A DNA stretch of 64,000 nucleotides from Lepidodermella squamata (lineage: Eukaryota; Animalia; Gastrotricha), in the NCBI GenBank assembly GCA_047495785.1, contig JBLDXI010000033.1, positions 496,001-560,000 of the forward strand. The letters are read 5' to 3'. Of the stretch, positions 11,420-22,486 are shown piece by piece. Both the position numbers and the translations under genes were made by a program. The notes under the pieces are model-generated. The model saw only the letters and a list, made by a program, of their open reading frames with translations. It was not told the DNA's origin and did not search any database. Numbering within the stretch: the first letter of the stretch is position 1; each line of letters starts with the position of its first letter.

Positions 11420-13842
11420 ATGCTATTGATCTTTGCCACTTTTGTTCTCGGCCTAGTCGCAGGCCAAAGCAACCCACCTGTTGCCAAGCCGTATGAGCTG
11501 GTGATGCTGAACATGATGGCAGTCGCCAATCCACCTCTGCCAACTGCCTGTAGCACGGCGGCTAAGCTAGTGATTGATACCACTAACTCAAGAACCGATG
11601 TTCTGCCTGATTACCGCATACGAATGGTTCTGAAAGACGAAGGGGGAGCAGCTACAAGAGCTCCATATAGCTTCGCAAACTTCCTGTGGGAATTCGAAGC
11701 TGAGCGAAAGAACAATTCCTACGTATCTCCAATCGTCGTTGGCCCGTCTTTGGCCTGCCAAAGTAAACATTTAGCCCATGAATCATCCAGTATTGATATA
11801 TTTTTTCTCAAGCTGTGACGCTTGCGGTCAAAGTGAACTATTTCACTGAGTTCGCCGAAGGATGCGCTGGGGTTGCGTTGATTGCGAAAAAGGCTCTATA
11901 TAACCATCTCTACCGCGCGCAAGGAACATCGGACAGTATTGGAACTATGGCACCTATCTTCGCCAAACAACTTGGAGGTTGGAAACAAGTCTCGGTATTT
12001 ACATTTTCCGGAAATGTGAATGACGACCTGTTCGGGAAGAACATTCAAATCGCCCTCGCCCAGCAGGGTATTGAATCGCCGTACTATGGGAGTGAAGCTG
12101 ATCTCACCCTGGCTATGGTAGAGGGTATGAAGAATCAAGGCGCGAGAATCATCATTTCTGCGCATGGGCAGACATGGCTTTTCGTGAAAATGCTGTGTCT
12201 GGCCTATCAAGCTGGGATGACAGCTCCTTTCTATGCTTACTTTGGCCACATTCTAACCTTTGTAACGGCAGAAGATGCAGCTCTACCCCTCATCCCTGGC
12301 TGCACTCGTCCAATGATCGCTGAGATGTTGAAAATCACCTTTTTCTTCGGCCTGGTTCAAAGCGCTTGGGAAAAGTTCGGACCAACGCCGTTTGGCTACG
12401 ATACCGACGCATTTGAAACCTATCTCAAACGAGAACTCAATGGTACGAAAGTCAACGATATGGGGCAAAGGCATATCTGCCATGATGCAGCTATGGGAAC
12501 TGTTTTGGCTTTGAATCGAAGCGAAACCATACTCCGACAACGGTATAACATGAGTTTGAAGGATTTCGAAACATATCCTGAACTAGTTCGGCAAGTTGTG
12601 AATGCCAGCACAGCCGCTACGGACTTTGACGGGCTTCGAATTGGTAGGATCAAGTACTCAGACAGATTGCTGATCGACACCGAAGACGTGTATCTGATCC
12701 AACAAAATGCTGGGGCAGTTCGGTTGATTTTCAAAAGTAATCGGCTTGACACAGACTGGCGAACCCTCTTGAACGCTAGTACCTATAAAGTCATACCACT
12801 TCAAAGCCCAGTCTGGTTCACTAAGTCCGGCCAGCCACCGAAAGATCTGTCAAGCATGCTTCATCTAACTAACCAGTTTTCCGTAGCTGCGTTTGTGATT
12901 CTCCTACTAATCGCACTAGCGTTGATTGTCAAACAAGTCATCATTTTCATCCGATTACAGCGTCATGCTGATCGGGATCGTTTCATCTTCTATTTTGACT
13001 CCCCAACCAATTCTGTTTTGCTGTTCGGTAGCGTCGTTGTTGAATTCGGTGTCCTAATTTTGCTGTTTGAGCTTTTGTTGCAAAGCGAGTCGCTTTGTAA
13101 GATCCGCCCACTGTTCATCACTATCGGAATTTGCATTAGCAACTGCGCCATCATGGTTCGAATATTCGGACTGCGTGACATCATGCGATCTCTCAAGGCC
13201 ATCATGTTCAAAAGCCAAAGCAATGCTATTTCCTCGGAAGAGTTCAAGGAACATATGGATCAAAGAGTTCCGAAGTCGAAATGCTACCAGCTTGCAGTTG
13301 CTCTAGTCTTGTCAATAAGTTTCATTGTTGCTGTAATCGCTTGGATCTTGGCTGATTCGTTCAAAGTTAGGTACATAACTTCGCCTGTTTTCTTTGATGA
13401 AAATATTGATTCTTACTACGACGTTCGATACTACGCCTGTACTTCGAATATGGAATACCCATGGCTGGCTGGTTTTATTGGGCTAAATGCGTTCATCCTA
13501 CTTGCCAATTGCTTTTTTGCCTATGACAGCCGGACAAAGCTGAAGATCCTTCATTTCTATGACTACGAATGCAACTGCCTGCGAGTTGCAATTCTGAATT
13601 CAGCAACAATATTTTTCGCTTTTTTGCTGATTGTTTTCCTACTAGCGGGTTCGGATTTCAGTCAAATGATAACGGTTGTTGTTGGAGCGCTAATTTTTTC
13701 TGGTGGAAATTACATGAGTTTGACATTCCCGATTTGGTCAAACTTGTGGCCTGTAGTTACGAATAAGAACACTAAAATAGCAGTCAGCTCGGGTTCACAT
13801 CAGCAAATTCTCGTTGCCCCAGCTCAACAGAAAAATGCATGA
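11420..13842 (+). CDS. GABA-B-like class C GPCR B (~790 aa, 2 exons)
   Basis: Intron 11763-11812 (GTAAAC..CTCAAG), same position and phase as in GPCR A. Clear paralog of A (RHICHDAAMGTVLALNRSE, CFFAYDSR). Confidence 0.88.
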
Positions 13843-14071
13843 GACCAAATCTAACTTGTTAAAACCAATTCTTCTACGCATCATGCTGAATGCTGAATGT
13901 ACGTCTGAAATTGTAAAAAGCGAGCTGCTTCTTCCGCTTCAAGATTTTGTTGTTGCGCTATTATCAGCAGCGCTAGAATTAAACAGCAACGAATTTCAAT
14001 AAATCTCTATTTACTCTCCGAGGTGCACTGCAGTTTGTCGAAATCAATTTTAATATAAAATTTTAATATAC

Positions 14072-15256
14072 ATGTATTTTCTTTCACGAGTAACCATGCC
14101 CTGGAAGTATATGCCTCTCACCGTGATCATCAAAATTGCTATTCTAAGTGAAGTGGGAGGGCTTAGCCTTAGCGAGCAGCTGCTTGACGAATGTCCACAT
14201 CTAAGTCCTGAATCCTACACCCCACAATGCGTAACAAGTCGAGAAGATCGCGATAAATGTAAAAAAATTAGGATTTCATTGTTGTTCAACTTCGACCGCT
14301 TTATTGGAATCGACGATGTCGCCGAGCAGGTATCTCTTTCTGGTAATCTCGGAGCTCGATGGTCTGTAAGGTGCCGACCAGAAAATCTCCACCCAATCTG
14401 GATCCCGAAGTCAAAAGGGACGAAAGAAGCCAGGGTGAACCTGAAAAGCGACTTGTTTTGGAAACCACCACTGTTCCACTCCAACGCGGCTGTAGAGATG
14501 GGCATGGCTGAGGGATTTACCGAGAAGTTTTGGAGCAATATTCGAAGAAATGGTGATATCGAGTTTTACTGGCGACGGTTCGGAGTATTTGTTTCATCGC
14601 AGAAGTCGATGGATTTCTCAGCGTTTCCGTTCGAAACTCAAACGGTGTCACTAGATTTCAACCTTGAACTAGCAGAATCTCGTATCCTATTAAGTAATAT
14701 ATCTTATGAAGTCGCTCCAGAATTTGTGACGGAGGGTCAGAACTGGGGTTATGTTGGCATGTATCATCAGATGTCTGTTCAGAATTCAACGCAATCAGCA
14801 CGGATTTTCCTTCAATTTAAAAGACGGCCCGAGCGTGTAATCCAAAGCATGCTATTGCCAGTCCCATTTCTTGTCGGCCTGCAGGTCGCTTCGATAATTA
14901 TTCCACCTGGTTATTCCGAACGACCAGAATTGTGCGTGGCTATACTTCTTGCAACAGCCGTATATCAGGGCGAGCTGTACAAAACAGTCCCGCCAAAACC
15001 ATATCGAATAGCCCTAGCGACTTACATCGATTTCAGCTCCGTGCTAGCTTGGCTGATTGCGTTATACACACTAGCTGTTTCATGCATTTCCGGGAACAAA
15101 TCTGCGAAAATCGGCAAATGGTTTGCTGAACACAGCGAGATCCTCAAAAGTTGCGGAATCGAATTCAAACGGCTTAGGGTTATAGACTTTTTCGTTTTCT
15201 TTGTCGCTACTGTACTTTACATCGCTATTCAGTGTTCTATTGTTTTCAACGAGTAA
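14072..15256 (+). CDS. Divergent intronless pLGIC subunit 2 (Cys-less)
   Basis: WKPPLFHSN, QKSMDFSAFPFETQTV, FKRRP, 4 TM; M2 ERPELCVAILLATAVYQ. The true start could be a later in-frame Met. Confidence 0.9.
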   Translation: MYFLSRVTMPWKYMPLTVIIKIAILSEVGGLSLSEQLLDECPHLSPESYTPQCVTSREDRDKCKKIRISLLFNFDRFIGIDDVAEQVSLSGNLGARWSVRCRPENLHPIWIPKSKGTKEARVNLKSDLFWKPPLFHSNAAVEMGMAEGFTEKFWSNIRRNGDIEFYWRRFGVFVSSQKSMDFSAFPFETQTVSLDFNLELAESRILLSNISYEVAPEFVTEGQNWGYVGMYHQMSVQNSTQSARIFLQFKRRPERVIQSMLLPVPFLVGLQVASIIIPPGYSERPELCVAILLATAVYQGELYKTVPPKPYRIALATYIDFSSVLAWLIALYTLAVSCISGNKSAKIGKWFAEHSEILKSCGIEFKRLRVIDFFVFFVATVLYIAIQCSIVFNE

Positions 15257-15478
15257 ATAAGTCTTTCAGGAATTTAGTGTGCTCATGGCTTCATAAGTTA
15301 GCTTATGATTGATTTCCAGAAATACCTAAACAGACTGCTAGACCTTGCGCCATGGGAGCAAATTGTTCGAACCACACACGCGGATATTGCATGCTTTCTG
15401 TATTTACTTCATCGATAAAACGTTGATTCAGTTACGCCAAGCGTTTGTCTGCCTCTAGCCATCTCATTTAGCCTGAAG

Positions 15479-16606
15479 ATGATAAGGATCTTGCTGCTTT
15501 TTATTGCAGTTTATTCAACCCATGGTAGCATCAGTGAGCAGTTGGTTGAGGTATGCAACAACCTGAGTCCTGAAGTCTACAGTCCCAATTGCCTGCTGGG
15601 TCGTTCAAAACTCCCTGATTGCTCGCGTATGACTGTTACATTGGTACCTCAACTTGATCGATTTGTTCACATTGACGATTTGTCCGAATTATTTTCAGTA
15701 ACTGCACGCTTAGAAACTAGGTGGGACGTGATTTGCAGTGGTTGGATTAGAAGCAACAGTACATTAATACTACCAGCAGCTCTAAATTTAGCAAAGGAAA
15801 ATATCTGGAAACCACCGATTTTCCACTCAAATGCCGAGGCGGACTTCGGTATGCAAGAGGGATTCTTGGAAACACTTTATTGTCTGATTCACAAAAATGG
15901 TACAATTCGATTTACATGGACTAGATTCGGAGTTATCGTCTCTTCACAGAGCTCAATGCATTATGCCGACTACCCGTTTGATGAGCAAATTGTATCTCTC
16001 GATTTCCGACTAGAGATTGAACCTGCTGCATTTTTCTTTGCGAACCGGTCATTAAGCGTATCGCCGAAATTCATCCAGCCCGGGCAGAACTGGGAATTAC
16101 TTGAAGTTTCAAAAGACCTGAAGAAAGTATCAAAAGACAACGCCAAAACTCGATTATTTATGCGGTTTCGGAGAAAACCCGAGTCCGTTATATTCAGCAA
16201 TTTGATTCCTGTTGCTTTTCTGACAGCGCTTCAGGTTGCATCCCTTCTTTTCCCAAGGAACAGCTCTGGGCGCGCGGAATTCTGCGCTTGCATTCTCTTG
16301 GCTACAGCAGTGTATCAGAGTGAACTTTTCAGCAAAATACCACCCAAGCCGTACGCCGTTGCTTTGGCTACTTACAACGATTTGAGCTCACTGTTGACTT
16401 GGCTTATCACTCTCTACTCTCTGTCTTTCCCATCTATGTCAACAACCAGACTAGGCGTATGGCTTTCAGACCGCAGCAAAATTTGGAAAATAATAGGAGT
16501 CGACGTGAAACGCCATCGAATCATTGATTTCGTCGCCTTTTTTGTATTCCTAGCTATCTTCATAGCGTTACAAGTCTATATCGGAAATTTGGCGAAGAGG
16601 AAATGA
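15479..16606 (+). CDS. Divergent intronless pLGIC subunit 3 (Cys-less)
   Basis: Signal peptide, WKPPIFHSN, QSSMHYADYPFDEQIV, FRRKP, M2 GRAEFCACILLATAVYQ. Confidence 0.9.
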   Translation: MIRILLLFIAVYSTHGSISEQLVEVCNNLSPEVYSPNCLLGRSKLPDCSRMTVTLVPQLDRFVHIDDLSELFSVTARLETRWDVICSGWIRSNSTLILPAALNLAKENIWKPPIFHSNAEADFGMQEGFLETLYCLIHKNGTIRFTWTRFGVIVSSQSSMHYADYPFDEQIVSLDFRLEIEPAAFFFANRSLSVSPKFIQPGQNWELLEVSKDLKKVSKDNAKTRLFMRFRRKPESVIFSNLIPVAFLTALQVASLLFPRNSSGRAEFCACILLATAVYQSELFSKIPPKPYAVALATYNDLSSLLTWLITLYSLSFPSMSTTRLGVWLSDRSKIWKIIGVDVKRHRIIDFVAFFVFLAIFIALQVYIGNLAKRK

Positions 16607-16670
16607 AAATAAAGGCTTTGTTGTTACTATTGAATTTTCTGTGTTTTTTCCACTCCTTGTATAAGGTATC

Positions 16671-17861
16671 ATGTGTAAAATACCATATTTTTTACTTTTC
16701 TTATTAGAATCTTCCGATGCAAGCTTGTCAAGCTATATTGCCGAGAAATGCCCGAATCTAGCATTCGAAGTTTATACACCTAGATGTCCGATTGCCGAAA
16801 CCGAAAGTAATGGTGACATGTGCCAGGCGGAGAAGATTGAATTGGTCATGAAATTGCAACGCTTCATTGGCATCGATGACGTGGCCGAGGTCATCTCTGT
16901 CGCGGGTGAGCTGGAACTGGATTGGGAGACCAATTGCATGTTCAAAAATCTACGAAATTCAACCTGGGATGTGAAAGGTAGTGGCAAGAGTGGAATAGAA
17001 TACCGTGCTAATCTTCAGAAAGATGCCTTCTGGAGGCCACTTATTACTCACTCAAACGCCGCTAGTGAATATGGTATGAAAAAGGGATTTTCAGAGACTT
17101 TTCAGTTCATTAAGCTTAGGAAGACATCTCAATTCACCTGGCGGCGATTCGGCGTGTTCAAATCAACGCAAAAGAAGATGAACTTCAGGAATTTCCCATT
17201 CGACCAGCAATCTCTATATATTGAATTTACTTCGCCTTGTACTTCCCGCTTTTGCGAAGTTAGGCCACATTTATCGGTTCTTGCTGATTTCATGCCACAG
17301 GGTTCTAATTGGGAATTAATAAGCGTTAACTTTAGCACAGATAGCACAAAATCTGACAGCATTATTCGGTTTACGCTTGACGTTAGACGTAAGCCGCATT
17401 CAGTTATTCAAAGCTCGCTGATGCCCGTCCCATTCCTCACTTTCCTTCAACTCGCTTCTGTACCTCTAACACCCGGATTGACGGAGAGACCTGCATTTTG
17501 CGTAGCTCTGTTACTTGCTACTGCGATCTATCAGAATGAGCTGTGGTCAAAAGTCCCGGCAAAGCCATACCGAATAGCTATGGCGAATTATAACGATTTC
17601 AGCTCATTATTATCGTGGCTGATTACGCTCTATTGTCTATTCTCATGCTGTGTCACGAAACAGGAGGCAAAATACGGCCAATGGTTTGCGGGTAGCAGTT
17701 ATCTTTTCAAGTCTTGTGGGATTGACGTGAGCCGCTCCAGATTAATGGATCTGTGTGCCTTTTGTATAGCTTTTCCTACATTCTGTGCCATTCAGTTTTA
17801 CATTGCCGAAGTAGCATGGAACTCTAACCTTACGGTCTCTTATGCGAATCCAATGAAATAA
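16671..17861 (+). CDS. Divergent intronless pLGIC subunit 4 (Cys-less)
   Basis: Signal peptide, WRPLITHSN, QKKMNFRNFPFDQQSL, VRRKP, M2 ERPAFCVALLLATAIYQ. Confidence 0.9.
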   Translation: MCKIPYFLLFLLESSDASLSSYIAEKCPNLAFEVYTPRCPIAETESNGDMCQAEKIELVMKLQRFIGIDDVAEVISVAGELELDWETNCMFKNLRNSTWDVKGSGKSGIEYRANLQKDAFWRPLITHSNAASEYGMKKGFSETFQFIKLRKTSQFTWRRFGVFKSTQKKMNFRNFPFDQQSLYIEFTSPCTSRFCEVRPHLSVLADFMPQGSNWELISVNFSTDSTKSDSIIRFTLDVRRKPHSVIQSSLMPVPFLTFLQLASVPLTPGLTERPAFCVALLLATAIYQNELWSKVPAKPYRIAMANYNDFSSLLSWLITLYCLFSCCVTKQEAKYGQWFAGSSYLFKSCGIDVSRSRLMDLCAFCIAFPTFCAIQFYIAEVAWNSNLTVSYANPMK

Positions 17862-18634
17862 AAGCATGAGCTTTGGGCGAAAATTACGAACTCCCCAAAG
17901 ATTTTTCCAAGTGCTATGTTTGTTGTTAAACTCAATATTACCTATATTGTATTTTTCACCAAGGTCGAATGATTCTTCTACAGTCGATCGGAGAGCAAAA
18001 ATTAGCTATTTGGATCCAGTGAGGATCGTTGGACTCGTTGGACAACTTTTTGCCCGCGACATCTAAATGTCCACAAAATTCTTATTTATTGACTGTCTGA
18101 AGCACGAAATAAAGCCTTTTCGATGTCCGCTATTAAACAAATGCGACAGCCGAGTAAATATTTGTGACAATTACCGTATTTTTCTTAATAAAACATTCTG
18201 TTAAGCACTCTTTAAGTAGTAAATTTGCAGATCGCATGAAAAATTCCCGAACTCCGATACTATCGATTTTGTTATCGTCATTATTCATCCACCTCACTGA
18301 GACCACGCTCTTATACTCCATCTGAGTAAATAATATGTTCACAGTACAAAGCTAGACGTATCGCATTATTGCATGATGCGTTCTGGTGGTGCGACGTTGA
18401 ATGTTATCAGCATTCTATTCTCTATGGTTATCAGATATCTGCACGAATTGAAACTAAATTAAAACGTTGGATTAAACGTTAGAATTCCTCGTTGGCAAAT
18501 AATCGAAAGCGCTGTTTACGATTCAAATCGATACTGCTGGAATTTTTAACGAGCAATCAACTCTAGTGACAAGTTTCAAACCTTCTGCGACGTTGGTGAC
18601 AAGACTCGTTATTCTTTGCCCTAGAGATATTGAA

Positions 18635-19798
18635 ATGCTCCTTCTGCTTCTCCTTTATTCACTGACCTTCCTAATTTGCCCATCGTTAGCCGCCTTGGTG
18701 ACTAAGGGCGAAGAATTCTTTTACAATTGCTCCAATACTAGATGGGAAATTTACGCTCCAGGATGTATTGACGGGCGTCCGTCGAGTTCAAACTCGTCAG
18801 GGCTAGGAAATTGCGCCCTAATGAAAGCAGAAATACGTTTCTACCCTGAACGCTTCTATTCCATCGATGATCCACGCGAAAGACTAACTGTTACAGGATC
18901 CGTTTTCTTGAAGTGGAACATTCGTTGCCCTGGGTACTCAATGACAGATCAAGACATCAAACTGGACGAATCGCTAATCTGGAGACCAACAATTTACCAT
19001 CGAAACGCCGTCAGCAACTTCGGAATGGGCGGAAGTGAGTTCACTGCGAGATTTCATACGTTCTACAGCGCTCCTGATAAAGCGATGAGGATTCTCTGGC
19101 AACAGTACGGCGTATTCGAGTCTTATTGCAACATGGATTTCGCCAAATTCCCATTTGACCAACAAGCCTGCTCGTTAGATTTTGTGGCCCAGGAAAACGC
19201 GGATGCAGTGATTCTCGAGATCAAGCAAGCCATGGAGTTTGACGCAGAGTTCATGCCAAAATACTCTAGCACTGATTGGAAGTTGGTGAACTCAAGTTCC
19301 TACACTAAAATCACGAATATGAAAGGCAACAGAAGTACTGCTTCATTTGTGATGCATTTTCACAGGCAGCCTCAATACTATTTGTACTCCTTTATGTTAC
19401 CATGCGCATTCCTATCAACACTCCAATTAGCAATTTTCTTACTACCCCCTGAATGGCCGGAGCGGGCAGCTTTCAGCATTACAATCCTGTTGGCGGCTAC
19501 TTTTCTTCAGGGCGAGATCAGATACAGCGTTCCGCCGAAACCGGAAAGAATTTTCTTGAGCGTTTTCACAGACATTGCTTCAATTTTATCTTGGCTTTGC
19601 ACTCTATATTCCCTAATCTCCTGCGCCCTTACAGAGATGAACCAGAAGTTTTGGTACTGTGAAACTCGGTTTCTATCGCTGAAACGGATAAGATTGTTCG
19701 ACATTACTTTCTTCGTAATATCAGGCTCCGTTTTCCTAGGAGATCTATTGTATGCGTATCTAACAGCTTCCTCGGCTGGTTACTTAAATTCCAACTAA
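18635..19798 (+). CDS. Divergent intronless pLGIC subunit 5
   Basis: First ATG at 18635 (MLLLLLL signal peptide; the ORF track starts at an upstream GTG). Cys-loop CNMDFAKFPFDQQAC, 4 TM. Confidence 0.92.
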   Translation: MLLLLLLYSLTFLICPSLAALVTKGEEFFYNCSNTRWEIYAPGCIDGRPSSSNSSGLGNCALMKAEIRFYPERFYSIDDPRERLTVTGSVFLKWNIRCPGYSMTDQDIKLDESLIWRPTIYHRNAVSNFGMGGSEFTARFHTFYSAPDKAMRILWQQYGVFESYCNMDFAKFPFDQQACSLDFVAQENADAVILEIKQAMEFDAEFMPKYSSTDWKLVNSSSYTKITNMKGNRSTASFVMHFHRQPQYYLYSFMLPCAFLSTLQLAIFLLPPEWPERAAFSITILLAATFLQGEIRYSVPPKPERIFLSVFTDIASILSWLCTLYSLISCALTEMNQKFWYCETRFLSLKRIRLFDITFFVISGSVFLGDLLYAYLTASSAGYLNSN

Positions 19799-19850
19799 CG
19801 AAGTTCAAATAAAGTTCTTGATTGTACGTAATTTTTTCTTTTTTTAGGCT

Positions 19851-21002
19851 ATGAATTTAATTTGGATTTCGATAGCCCTTACTGGATTGATTTCGTCGCA
19901 GACTCGAAGTCAACTGTTAAAATCGGACGATTTGTTTGAGAATTGTCCGAGAGCTTGGCAGGAGGTTTACACGCCAAGCTGCTGGATAGGGCCTGATGGA
20001 AGTCCCGCTTCATCGCTCTCCTCTTGCAACCTTACAGAGGTTGAGATTCGATTCTATCCTGAAAGGTTTCACGACATTGACGATCTCGCTGAAACCATGA
20101 CTGTATCTGGATCTTTATACCTCTACTGGCCGTCAGCTTGCCCCGGCTACAAGTTGCCTAAGAATGGGTCTAACATGTACATCAGGTTGGACCCGGCTAG
20201 ATTCTGGAGGCCAACAATTTTACACGTGAATTCGGCCGATCAAATTGGGATGACTGGCGACTCCTTAGCCGAGAGATTCCATGCTAGGGTTGACTATCTC
20301 AATCGAGGCCTCGGCTTCACGTGGCAACTTTATGGAGTTTTCAAATCTTTCTGCAAGATTGACGTTTCAAACTTTCCCTTCGACAAACAAACATGTTCCT
20401 TGGAGTTTGTATCTCAGGAATCTTCCGACGCGATCAAATTTTTCATTGACGTCGGGATGGATTTTGATGATGATTTCATGCCGCCGAATTCGGAATGGAT
20501 GTTCCTTGGTGGCAAAAGCGGAGTTGATCTCGACTCCTCTCATCTGAACAATAGTGCAGCCTACTTCTCAATGAAATTTCGAAGAAGACCTGATTACTAC
20601 ATCTACTCACTAATGTTTCCGTGCGCTTTGATTGTTAGTCTTCAAATGGCTGTTCTTATTCTGCCGCCTAAAATTCCTTACCGGTCTGGCATGGGTCTTA
20701 CACTACTTCTGGCGAGCACATTTCTTCAAGCAGATATCAAGACATACATTCCTCCTAAACCAGAGAGAATTTTTCTGAGTCGATACTCGGATTTGAATGT
20801 TTTCCTATCATTTTTCTGCACCATCTACATGATGGTTTCCAGCGCTCTCGCCAAATCAACTGTAGATTGGTGGCATGTGAAAATGAGCCGAATATCAGTT
20901 CCTCGTTACCGGATTATGGACTGTGTGTTTTTCTGTGCCGCTCTTTTATTTTTTGTAGGCATAATTTTTTACGCTATTTTTGTGGCATATTTGGCGAATT
21001 GA
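19851..21002 (+). CDS. Divergent intronless pLGIC subunit 6
   Basis: Signal peptide, Cys-loop CKIDVSNFPFDKQTC, FRRRP, M2 YRSGMGLTLLLASTFLQ. Confidence 0.92.
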   Translation: MNLIWISIALTGLISSQTRSQLLKSDDLFENCPRAWQEVYTPSCWIGPDGSPASSLSSCNLTEVEIRFYPERFHDIDDLAETMTVSGSLYLYWPSACPGYKLPKNGSNMYIRLDPARFWRPTILHVNSADQIGMTGDSLAERFHARVDYLNRGLGFTWQLYGVFKSFCKIDVSNFPFDKQTCSLEFVSQESSDAIKFFIDVGMDFDDDFMPPNSEWMFLGGKSGVDLDSSHLNNSAAYFSMKFRRRPDYYIYSLMFPCALIVSLQMAVLILPPKIPYRSGMGLTLLLASTFLQADIKTYIPPKPERIFLSRYSDLNVFLSFFCTIYMMVSSALAKSTVDWWHVKMSRISVPRYRIMDCVFFCAALLFFVGIIFYAIFVAYLAN

Positions 21003-21020
21003 TTAAAATTAAAATTAAAT

Positions 21021-21676
21021 TCAAACAAATGTTTCTGGCATCTCCTCGATCACCGTTAACTGAGAGTAAGACGCGGCTTGTTCATTGTACTCGTCGCATC
21101 TAGCAGCGATTTCGAAGAACAGTTGGACAACATTGAACCCAGTCTGAGCAGACGTTTCAATGAAATGAGCTCCGAACTGCTCAGCTTTCATCTCGCCCTC
21201 CCATGACAGTACCTCACGTTGAACATCGTCGTAATCCGCTTTATTGCCAACCAACATACGGAAGATGCCGTAGTTCCGCCACAGTCGCTCGAATTGGTGG
21301 GCGAAGTGGTCGATTTCGTTGAAAGATTCGCGGTTCTGAACATCGTAAACCATTACCAAACCGTGGGCCTGTTGAATACAGGGCGGTACCAACGAGCGGT
21401 AACGCCTGTCGCCTGATGAGTCCCACAATTGAAGCCTCAGGGTTGATAGGTCATCGAGATACACACTTTTGTATTGATAATCAACTCCTTTTGTGGGGTT
21501 GTATTCAAAGTTGAACTGCTCACGGGTGTAACGGTTGATCAGAGCTGACTTGCCCACTGCTCACAAATGGGTTAGTAATCGGTGTAAAGTGGTCATTTCG
21601 GCTTACCGTATGGCTCTCCGATGAATACAACATCAAACCGGGCCCTTTCAATAGTATCAAAAGGAATGACATCCAT
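21021..21676 (-). CDS. Atypical Rab-family small GTPase (~201 aa, 2 exons)
   Basis: Exon 1 21676-21607; intron 21557-21606 (GTAAGC..CAG) gives P-loop GEPYVGKS. PTKGVDY, RLQLWDSSGD, LVGNKAD and ETSA motifs; no C-terminal Cys. Confidence 0.85.
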
Positions 21677-22486
21677 GAGATTCGAAAATGAAGACTCCTC
21701 ACTCAAGCTAGTTTTTACGCAGAAATCACAAGTGGTAATCATCGGGTTTTTTTCCGATCAGCAGAGATTAGACGGAAATCAAGCTGTGGTCTCCTCTTGG
21801 TGCAATTGATTTAATTATTCATTACATTCCGTGGCCGATTTAGTAGCCAATCTTTGCGAAACCACTTGTATCAACCTGATTATGCATGCGAATAGGAAAT
21901 ATTTGCTTTGCTGGGGTAGCGGCATCAACTGATCATGAGTGACCACGATTAGAGATCGATTATTTTAGGTACTCGATGAACTTGCGAAAGATTTCGGTTT
22001 TCTAACGGTGGAAGACCCACATTAATACGATAAAATACTCTCATGATTCCGGATAGGCGTATTTTTCCGCCTTAATTCAACCTTGCAGAGCACAGCATCA
22101 AATATAATTCAGATGGAAATTTGAAGTCAATCTGGGATACATATCGATCGTTGCCCGCTGTTTTTCTTAGAAATCCTTCAGCGGGGAGCCATCACCGATA
22201 AATCCGAAGGGCGACATTTTGGACTAATTATGTTCTCATTATTGAATTGAATAACATGAACAGCATGGGGAAGTTGATAATACGACATCTAAATCAACAA
22301 AATGGTCTATTGACTCTACAAAACAGAAACACAAGGCGTTCCGAGGTCCATCTGAGACAACTGCAGCACTCTAGCAAATATTTGCCGCAAGTAACATTAT
22401 TTGCTTGATAAATTTCCTCGACGGATTTACTGATTTTAGAAGTGGAATATGGCCGTAGTTCACTAGATATTTAAGACATAATAACC

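Noticed and set aside
17866-18560. Possible decayed pLGIC between subunits 4 and 5 (SKCPQ and TIDFVIVII-like fragments)
   Set aside because: Matches are too short to distinguish from chance.
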